Origin: Chitinophagales bacterium
Lineage (GTDB): Bacteria; Bacteroidota; Bacteroidia; Chitinophagales; Chitinophagaceae
Direction of reading: 5' to 3'
DNA: 24,000 nt
Assembly (NCBI GenBank): GCA_038203525.1
Contig: JBBRDW010000033.1
Coordinates: forward strand, 1-24,000
Shown: in pieces, positions 1 through 6,179 of the stretch
How the letters are laid out: every line of letters begins with the position of its first letter
Numbering within the stretch: the stretch's first letter is position 1
Translations under genes and position numbers: made by a program
Notes under the pieces: generated by a model
Seen by the model: only the letters and a program-made list of their open reading frames with translations
What the model was told of the DNA's origin: nothing
The model's database searches: none

Positions 1-516
1 ACCCTTTGCGGATTTTATTCCATTCACATTTTCAAACACAAACATTTTTGGTTGATATTTCTCCAGATACTTCGCATACTGTACATACAAATAATTTCTT
101 GGGTCACCTTCCATATTGTTTGCAGATCTTGCTCTTCCTACCAGTGAATAAGCCTGACATGGTGGGCCTCCTATAATAAGATCAACCTTGTTACCCTTTA
201 ATTGCTTAGAAATTATTTTATGAATTTGCTTGTTATAGATTGAACCAATCGGCATATTAATTACACTGTCGAGCAATTCTTTTGGAATCTCTGCATAAAG
301 TTCTTTCCTATTTATTTCGCCCTTGAGGTACGAGATATAAATATTGTATTGACTAATTGATTTAAGATAATGATAAGCAGTTCTTGTCTTTAATGTATAG
401 CAGGCTGCCTCATCCATTTCAACATGTGCAATGGGTTTAAAACCTGCACGGATAAATCCTTCAGAAAGGCCGCCAGCTCCAGCAAATAGGTCAATAAAGT
501 TTAAGGGCTTGCTCAT
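1..516 (-). CDS. DNA (cytosine-5)-methyltransferase, N-terminal 172 codons; the gene continues past the left edge
   Basis: Reverse-strand translation from the ATG (complement of 514-516) gives MSKPLNFIDLFAGAGGLSEGF (motif I FxGxGG). It continues to LIIGGPPCQAYS (motif IV PCQ, about 150-180) and MFVFENVNG (motif VI ENV, about 20-45). It is absent from the ORF track because it is open at the window edge. Confidence 0.9.
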   Translation of the reverse strand, partial: MSKPLNFIDLFAGAGGLSEGFIRAGFKPIAHVEMDEAACYTLKTRTAYHYLKSISQYNIYISYLKGEINRKELYAEIPKELLDSVINMPIGSIYNKQIHKIISKQLKGNKVDLIIGGPPCQAYSLVGRARSANNMEGDPRNYLYVQYAKYLEKYQPKMFVFENVNGIKSAKG

Positions 517-521
517 GGTTT

Positions 522-737
522 TTAAAAATCCTTTGTATCAAAAAAATCTTTTAAAGAAATGTCCAGGGCTACTATTATTTTTTCTAATGTTGATATTGAA
601 ATATTTTTTCTCCCCTTTTCGATATGGTTTATATAAGTTCTTTCCATATCAGCAGCATAAGCAAACTTTTGCTGAGAGAGTTTTTTGGCCTTTCGTAATT
701 CAACGATTCTTTCACCGATTTTTTCTTTCAAGTCCAT
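522..737 (-). CDS. XRE-family helix-turn-helix regulator (71 aa), controller (C)-protein-like, directly upstream of the methyltransferase
   Basis: The ORF track gives 522..788. I prefer the internal ATG (complement 735-737), which gives MDLKEKIGERIVELRKAKKLSQQKFAYAADMERTYINHIEKGRKNISISTLEKI, a typical XRE/HTH_3 pattern. Its stop lies 5 nt from the MTase start on the same strand. Confidence 0.8.
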   Translation of the reverse strand: MDLKEKIGERIVELRKAKKLSQQKFAYAADMERTYINHIEKGRKNISISTLEKIIVALDISLKDFFDTKDF

Positions 738-753
738 GTTGCAAAGTATTTTT

Positions 754-788
754 ATGTGTCCTATAAAGCTGCATACTTTAGGACACAT
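754..788. promoter_or_regulatory. Perfect inverted repeat ATGTGTCCTA-N15-TAGGACACAT; candidate operator for the adjacent HTH regulator
   Basis: The 10-bp arms at 754-763 and 779-788 are exact reverse complements. The site begins 17 nt upstream of the HTH start codon (737, minus strand). Confidence 0.45.
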
Positions 789-845
789 TTTTATTAGCAG
801 AAATAATTAAAGACAGTTGTGAACATTATGTGCATGAAAATGGCA

Positions 846-882
846 AACGTGACTCATAATACATTTGCTTATAAGTCACGTT
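846..882. promoter_or_regulatory. Second perfect inverted repeat AACGTGACT-N19-AGTCACGTT upstream of the HTH-MTase operon
   Basis: The 9-bp arms at 846-854 and 874-882 are exact reverse complements. The GACT/AGTC half-sites recall C-box half-sites, but the spacing differs. Function is unknown. Confidence 0.3.
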
Positions 883-988
883 GGATAACTTCTTAAATGG
901 TTCAGGAGAAATTCACAAGCAGGGAGCGAAGTGTTTTTACGAACTTGTCTGGTTTTAATTTGCATTCCATAGTGGCTTTACTTTATAC

Positions 989-1088
989 TTGAATAGTAGT
1001 ATTAAACCCCTTCAGGGTTGATAGTGTACTGTAGTTATTGTGCTGCGGGTTTTACCCGCAGTTATTCATGTTAAAGCCCTTCGGGCTT
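989..1088 (+). repeat. Multi-hairpin repeat unit, copy 1 (RAYT-flanking family)
   Basis: This 100-nt unit contains hairpins AACCCC..GGGTT, CTGCGGGT-TTT-ACCCGCAG (preceded by GTAG) and AAAGCCC-TTC-GGGCTT. It repeats at 1129-1228 with 5 mismatches, exactly 140 bp later. Confidence 0.9.
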
Positions 1089-1128
1089 TTTATTGCACAC
1101 TCATTTTAAGCCTGAAGGGCCATAATGA

Positions 1129-1228
1129 TTGAATAGTAGTATTCAACCCTTTCAGGGTTGGTAGTGTACTGTAGTTATTGATCTGCGGGTTTTACCCGCA
1201 GTTATTCATGTTAAAGCCCTTCGGGCTT
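1129..1228 (+). repeat. Multi-hairpin repeat unit, copy 2
   Basis: 95/100 identical to 989-1088, in tandem with a 140-bp period. Confidence 0.9.
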
Positions 1229-1307
1229 GGTTGATAGCTGTACTATAATCTTGTACACGACCAATATTATTGCCATCGGGCCGCACATTAGAAGCTGTAT
1301 TGCTTGT

Positions 1308-1390
1308 AAGCCCGAAGGGCTTGAATGTGAATAACCATCGGCGAAACCGATGGTATAAAACATGAACACATAACCCCAAAGGGGTTAAAT
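1308..1390 (-). repeat. Multi-hairpin repeat unit, inverted and diverged copy
   Basis: The reverse complement reads AACCCCTTTGGGGTT ... ACCATCGG-TTTCG-CCGATGGT-TATTCACATTCAAGCCCTTCGGGCTT. The order of three hairpins and the TTATTCA..AAGCCCTTCGGGCTT tail match the unit. The middle stem sequence is replaced by a different but still complementary one. Confidence 0.7.
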
Positions 1391-1497
1391 ATGATATAAT
1401 GATTGTATTACGAATTGCTTTAAAAAGAAACCCGTTTATTATTAACTTTCGGAGGGTAAAATAAAATATTAAATTGCCTGTTAAATACAATTTTGAT

Positions 1498-1944
1498 ATG
1501 AGTACTTACCGCCAGATCTTTTACCAGATTGTTTTTGGCACAAAACACCGTAAGCCAACAATTGCAGAAGCATATGAGGAAGAACTATACAAATACATAT
1601 CGGGAATAATAAAAAATAAAAATTGTAAGCTTTATCGTATCAACGGTGTTGAAGATCATATTCATATCATGTCAGACCTTCATCCATCTATTTGTCTTAG
1701 TGATTATGTAAAAGAAATTAAGGTTGCCAGCAGTTTATGGATGAAAGAAGGAAATAAGTTCCCGGAATTCGAAGGATGGCAGGATGGATATGGTGCATTT
1801 ACTTATTCAATAAGAGAAAGGGACATGATAATAAACTATATAAAAAATCAAAAGGAACATCACAGATCAGAAAATTTTTATACCGAATACAGGCGTTTAC
1901 TTATTGAAAATGGAGTTGAATTCGATGAAAAATATTTATTGTAA
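1498..1944 (+). CDS. IS200-like Y1 (HUH) tyrosine transposase of the REP-associated (RAYT / COG1943) type
   Basis: MSTYRQIFYQIVFGTKHRKP...VEDHIHIM (HUH-type HxH motif)...GWQDGYGAFTYS (catalytic Tyr region)...YIKNQKEHH. The ORF track starts at a TTG (1474). The ATG at 1498 fits the usual MSTY.QI.Y.IVF N-terminus. Confidence 0.85.
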   Translation: MSTYRQIFYQIVFGTKHRKPTIAEAYEEELYKYISGIIKNKNCKLYRINGVEDHIHIMSDLHPSICLSDYVKEIKVASSLWMKEGNKFPEFEGWQDGYGAFTYSIRERDMIINYIKNQKEHHRSENFYTEYRRLLIENGVEFDEKYLL

Positions 1945-1950
1945 CAGTTT

Positions 1951-2043
1951 TATTCAACCCCTGTCGGGAGTGGGTGTCTGAAATATATTTATAGCTCCGG
2001 GTAATTAACTGGAGCTATTGATATTAAAGCCCCTTGGGCTTTT
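1951..2043 (+). repeat. Multi-hairpin repeat unit, diverged copy downstream of the transposase
   Basis: Reads TATTCAACCCCTGTCGGG ... AGCTCC-gggtaattaac-tGGAGCT-ATTGATATTAAAGCCCCTTGGGCTTT. The layout matches the unit, again with a different self-complementary middle stem. Confidence 0.6.
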
Positions 2044-2071
2044 GATGGCAGCACAAATAAGCCTAAGATTG

Positions 2072-2524
2072 CTACGATAATATTTTTTTACAAATTGCTT
2101 TTAATGTTTTTTCGAGAATAACAGGTTTCAACCCGCATTCCCAAACGGTAATAATTTTCCAGCCTTCTTTCTTTAAAGTTTTTAAAGCTTTGGCATCATT
2201 GGCTTTGTTGGTATTTATTTTTTGCAGCCACCATTCAGTCCTGGTTTTTGGTACAACATAATATTTACAGTTCTTATGTCCATGCCAGAAACAGCCGTGT
2301 ATAAAGATTAGCGTCTTATATTTTGGTAAAACAATATCAGGTTTACCGGGCAGGTGCTTTCTCCCATCTCCTTCAGGAGAGGGGCCGGGGGTGAGGCGGT
2401 GCAGCCTATAACGAAAGCCCTGTGCATGCAGAAAGCTGCGCACCAGCATTTCAGGCTTTGTGTTGGTGCTGCGGATGCGGCTCATATTAAAGCTGCGCTG
2501 TTCTTTAGTATGTACATCTGCCAT
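2072..2524 (-). CDS. vsr: Very-short-patch repair endonuclease (Vsr), copy 1
   Basis: MADVHTKEQRSFNMSRIRSTNTKPE...LPGKPDIVLPKYKTLIFIHGCFWHGH...WWLQKI...GWKIITVWEC aligns with E. coli Vsr landmarks recalled from memory (MADVHDK, LPGRPDFV, FTHGCFWHHH, IVWEC). Confidence 0.92.
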   Translation of the reverse strand: MADVHTKEQRSFNMSRIRSTNTKPEMLVRSFLHAQGFRYRLHRLTPGPSPEGDGRKHLPGKPDIVLPKYKTLIFIHGCFWHGHKNCKYYVVPKTRTEWWLQKINTNKANDAKALKTLKKEGWKIITVWECGLKPVILEKTLKAICKKILS

Positions 2525-2769
2525 AAAGCAAAGTTAGTTGCCGGTCGGCAGTTACATTTTCCTTTGTTTGGAATTTGAGATTTAGAATTATTTTTTTTGC
2601 AATCATCTGCTGCTATAAAAAAGAACCCCTGAAATGAGTAACCCTGATATTTGCCGGGGCAGGCTCCACAGGTGATGCCCGCATTGCAAATGCCGGTTTC
2701 ATAGTAAATTTATGATTAATAAAATTGTAGTTATTTTGCAGTTATGTTCACCTTGGAAACATAATGTAA

Positions 2770-3039
2770 ATACTCAGGAAGCACAAACCTGAGCTGGAAA
2801 AAAAATACCCGATTTCCGGATTGGGCGTTTTTGGTTCTTATGCAAGAGGCGAAGCCACGGCAGAAAGTGATATTGATATTGCTGTAGAAATTACAGGCGC
2901 AATGGGTTTAAATTTTATTGCAATGGCTGTGGCTGATGGGATAGAAAACCTATTTGGCATAAAAACAGATGTAGTTCCAAAACGATCCATAAAACCCGAA
3001 TACCTTTCTGCTGTAGAAAAAGATATTATTTATGTTTGA
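2770..3039 (+). pseudogene. MNT-type minimal nucleotidyltransferase, N-terminally disrupted
   Basis: GVFGSYARGEATAESDIDIAVEI is the GS-X9-DxD nucleotidyltransferase signature. In-frame upstream sequence ILRKHKPELEKKYPISG (2770-2820) still looks homologous, but it is cut off by TAA at 2767-2769. The only start is a TTG at 2821, and an out-of-frame ATG lies at 2744 (MFTLET*). Confidence 0.55.
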
Positions 3040-3136
3040 AAGAAAACCTTCACCAGCAGACCCGTCATTGTGTGTTATCACCAACGACTTTCGCTTTAAT
3101 CTTCGCTGCGATTAAAGCTCCATAAATAATCAGAAC

Positions 3137-3155
3137 GTACAAGAGTGCGACGCAA
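3137..3155 (+). repeat. 19-bp core repeat GTACAAGAGTGCGACGCAA (exact)
   Basis: Exact 19/19 match, intergenic. It is followed 25 nt later by CCGGGCTAAAAAATATTA (3181-3198). Confidence 0.95.
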
Positions 3156-3453
3156 GAAAAGCTGCACAGCATATCTGCTGCCGGGCTAAAAAATATTACA
3201 CATAATATCTGCTTCCTGTTGCTAAAATACCGCTCCCCTTTAACGATGTGGATTTGCAGCTACATTCAGCAGTTGGTTTTTTGTGCAGAACTTAGATTGG
3301 TGCGGCGCAATTTTATAGCAGCCCTGATAAATGCGGCGCCAAACTCCCGGCTTTACCCAAACACAGGATATATAAAAAATCTTTTGCCAATTTGATTTGA
3401 ATTCGCATGCAACGGCATGAAGATTGCGCTTGTCTGTATAAAGAAAGCAGTTT

Positions 3454-4110
3454 ATGAAACACCAGCACACACCCCCCGAATACATTGACGAGTTTGGCCG
3501 CCCCCAGGAAAGAGCCAATATTTTAATTCACCTGCTGGGTGTTGTGTTTGGTGTATTGGCCATTCCCTTTTTACTTATTAGCGCAAAGCAGGGCGATACC
3601 AGCCACATGATTAGCCTGGGTATTTATGCTTTGTGTTTTTTAATGGTGTTCCTGAGCTCTACACTTTACCACAGCGTGCGGAGGTATAAAGTAAAAATGT
3701 TTCTTAAAAAAGTTGACCGTATAAGTATTTACTTTTTTATTGCGGGCACTTATACGGCGATTATACGGTTTTATCTTTTCGATGCTACCGGTTTTACCTT
3801 GCTGGCGGTTTTATGGACACTGGTTCTGGCCGGTATCTTCTTTGAAATTGTGTTCCCCGATAAATTCAATTTATTTTCTTTACTGGCTTACCTGGTAATG
3901 GGGCTGATCTTTGTATTTGTACCAAGGCAGTTCTTTTCTTCCATGCCCGCAGGTGTTATGGCTTTGGTGCTGGCGGGTGTGGGCCTGTATATATTTGGCG
4001 TAGTATTTTATGTGTGGCAGCGGTGGAGCTATCATCATGCTGCCTGGCATTTGTTCGTGCTGGCCGGGGGTGTTTGCCACTTTGCCGCGCTGCTGCAAAC
4101 AGTAAGTTAG
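3454..4110 (+). CDS. Hemolysin III / PAQR family membrane protein
   Basis: Seven predicted TM segments. Family landmarks present: STLYHS, DRISIYFFIAGTYT, HHAAWHLFVLAGGVCHF. Confidence 0.85.
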   Translation: MKHQHTPPEYIDEFGRPQERANILIHLLGVVFGVLAIPFLLISAKQGDTSHMISLGIYALCFLMVFLSSTLYHSVRRYKVKMFLKKVDRISIYFFIAGTYTAIIRFYLFDATGFTLLAVLWTLVLAGIFFEIVFPDKFNLFSLLAYLVMGLIFVFVPRQFFSSMPAGVMALVLAGVGLYIFGVVFYVWQRWSYHHAAWHLFVLAGGVCHFAALLQTVS

Positions 4111-4290
4111 TTGTACCGTTACCCTTTATTATTTTTATAGAAAACCCGCAATTTGCCTGTTAATATTTTTGTATCAGTCTCCACTACTACTATCAGGTTC
4201 TCGTTGCAGCTTGCCCCGCGCATGGCGCATATGCGGCAAGCTAAGGAATACATTTATTGACCCAACAGCATCGCTACTATTGAGTTTCCG

Positions 4291-4309
4291 TTGCGTCGCA
4301 CTCTTGTAC
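4291..4309 (-). repeat. 19-bp core repeat (exact, reverse orientation TTGCGTCGCACTCTTGTAC)
   Basis: Exact 19/19 match, intergenic, downstream of the hemolysin-III gene. Confidence 0.95.
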
Positions 4310-4503
4310 TTTTGGTTCTCTATGCGACTTTCAGAACTCAGTTGTTTTTTTTCCTTGCAAATGAAAGCGAAGATTATTCGGCAACGCATTAATATTTAAA
4401 ACTATTTACTAAATCTTCATTGCAAGACAACCTAAAACCATTACTGGTAAACACTTTCAGCGATTTTTGTCAAAAATTAGGTTGACGCATAAGCGCCCAT
4501 GGC

Positions 4504-4522
4504 GGTGGTCGCACGCTTGTAC
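4504..4522 (-). repeat. 19-bp core repeat, degenerate copy (14/19)
   Basis: GGTGGTCGCACGCTTGTAC. A weakly complementary partner GCGCAAGAGTTAGCTATGCGGCCAC lies at 4564-4588. Confidence 0.5.
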
Positions 4523-4704
4523 TGTAGTAGATATTTGCGCAATGGTGCATTATTAAGCAATGAGCGCAAGAGTTAGCTATGCGGCCACGGCCTATTATGT
4601 TTTCGATTTAAAGAATGATATAGTTAGATGGCAAATGCGCTGGACAAAAGCAATGCTCTTATTTACTTTTTGTCTTGACACAAAAAAAGGAACAAAAAAG
4701 TCAA

Positions 4705-4734
4705 GAAAGAAAAGATATACAACGCTTTTCTTTC
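4705..4734 (-). terminator. Possible intrinsic terminator downstream of vsr copy 2
   Basis: Perfect 10-bp stem GAAAGAAAAG / CTTTTCTTTC (4705-4714 / 4725-4734) with a 10-nt loop. On the minus strand it is followed by a T-rich tract. The stem is AT/purine-rich, so it is weak. Confidence 0.3.
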
Positions 4735-4841
4735 TTTCGCCCTGATTTTGCTTTTGAACTACTGTGAATTGAGCAATTGTACATTATTGGGCATTGAGCA
4801 CAGGGGTTAATTATGCTGTGGATATTTGCTGTGCTATTATT

Positions 4842-5294
4842 TTACTTCTTTAATCGGCGCACCAGCTTTTGTAGGGTGGCCGCTGCTTTTGCAGGCTTTA
4901 GGTCACACTCCCAAACGATGATAATTTTCCAGCCTTCTTTCTTTAAAGCTTTTACAGCTTTTGCATCATTGTCTTTGTTCATATTTATTTTTTGTACCCA
5001 CCATTCGCTGCTTGTTTGCGGAACTTTAAAATATAAACAGTTGGTATGCCCATGCCAGAAACAGCCGTGTATAAAGATTACGGTTTTATATTTTGGTAAA
5101 ACAATATCTGGTTTGCCGGGTAGTTGCTTTCGCCTTTCTTCTGTAGGAGAGGGGCGGGGGGTGAGGCCGTGCAGTTTATAACGAAAGCCCTGTGCATACA
5201 GAAATTTACGCACCAGCATTTCGGGCTTTGCCTTGGTGCTGCGTATGCGGCTCATATTGTAGCTGCGCTGTTCTTTGGTAGGCACATCGGCCAT
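4842..5294 (-). CDS. vsr: Very-short-patch repair endonuclease (Vsr), copy 2 (paralog of 2072..2524)
   Basis: MADVPTKEQRSYNMSRIRSTKAKPE...LPGKPDIVLPKYKTVIFIHGCFWHGH...VWEC. It is 150 aa, the same length as copy 1, and collinear with it. Confidence 0.92.
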   Translation of the reverse strand: MADVPTKEQRSYNMSRIRSTKAKPEMLVRKFLYAQGFRYKLHGLTPRPSPTEERRKQLPGKPDIVLPKYKTVIFIHGCFWHGHTNCLYFKVPQTSSEWWVQKINMNKDNDAKAVKALKKEGWKIIIVWECDLKPAKAAATLQKLVRRLKK

Positions 5295-5315
5295 CGTACA
5301 AAATAACCGTCTTAA

Positions 5316-5834
5316 CTATTCCTTTCTTTTATAGTGTATAAGCCAGTTGCTTTGCCAGCTAATACCACCGTCGGTTGAGGATTGCCAGCTCCAGTCGAAC
5401 GAGCCGGGCGTAATATGATAGTAAACCATTCTGTTAATCATTTTTCCGGTTCGGCTTATTTGCACAGGTACATTTTTTTCATTTGTTACGAGTATCATGG
5501 AGTCCGCTTTCATACCGCCGGTAAGATAGATAAAGCCACCCTGGCTGTCTACCCATGTTTGTTCCCAGGTTTTATAATTTGTATTGTACACGCTCCAGCT
5601 TTTACCAAAGTAATGGGTATTGGGATCAGTAAAGTTTTCCTGCACCGTACAGTTGCCAAATATTTTTTCAACATGATTGGTTCCGTGCAAAGTATCGCTC
5701 CAGGTAAGGTTCCAGTCGCCTAACCAAAAATTAAACTGAGATGCTTCCGGTAAAGAGCAGGGTGGCTGGTTGTTCTTTTGCGCATAAGAGTATACAAACA
5801 AAAAACTGCCGGCAAAGAGTAGCATAATTTTCAT
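5316..5834 (-). CDS. Secreted hypothetical protein (signal peptide; family not recognised with confidence)
   Basis: N-terminal MKIMLLFAGSFLFVYSYAQ is signal-like. The ORF is a clean 172 aa. It ends 21 nt upstream of the vsr copy 2 start on the same strand. Confidence 0.6.
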   Translation of the reverse strand: MKIMLLFAGSFLFVYSYAQKNNQPPCSLPEASQFNFWLGDWNLTWSDTLHGTNHVEKIFGNCTVQENFTDPNTHYFGKSWSVYNTNYKTWEQTWVDSQGGFIYLTGGMKADSMILVTNEKNVPVQISRTGKMINRMVYYHITPGSFDWSWQSSTDGGISWQSNWLIHYKRKE

Positions 5835-6179
5835 AATAAACTTTTTTGATCAGACTTTAAGGTAGGTTAATTTACTTTTTTATTTCGCCGGATTATTACC
5901 GGCGGCATTTATCAGTGACTGTTTTTTTTAAGTGGTAAAATAATGCGGTTCTGTGCGAAAAAATCTGGAATGGAATGATATAAGCCGGGAAGTTATTATT
6001 TTGTTTACGCCATAGTTAAAGCAAAAAAATTTCACTTCTAACCAAAGCCACAGGGAAGCGCGTGCCGGCGTTTGTTTAGTTTACTGGCACAAAAATGTGT
6101 CTGTTATATAACTGATGACAACCGCGTTAAACATTATCATTGCCAAATCTAAAGCACTAACTTTATATAAAACCTGTGT

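Noticed and set aside
431-766. 111-aa plus-strand ORF overlapping the MTase/HTH genes
   Set aside because: It is antisense to two genes with clear family motifs, and its sequence is low-complexity.
1076-1088. Hairpin loops near the RAYT as UUCG-type tetraloops
   Set aside because: The palindrome AAAGCCC-TTC-GGGCTTT is centred on a 3-nt loop. Forcing a C(UUCG)G register breaks the rest of the stem.
1206-1490. 94-aa ORF on the minus strand upstream of the transposase
   Set aside because: It is composed almost entirely of the hairpin repeat units (989-1390) and has no protein-like features.
2354-2578. ORFs antisense to the vsr genes (2354..2578 and 5124..5306, MLSP..RRGAGGEA..)
   Set aside because: Both lie fully inside well-supported Vsr CDSs on the opposite strand. 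Their similarity to each other just mirrors the vsr duplication.
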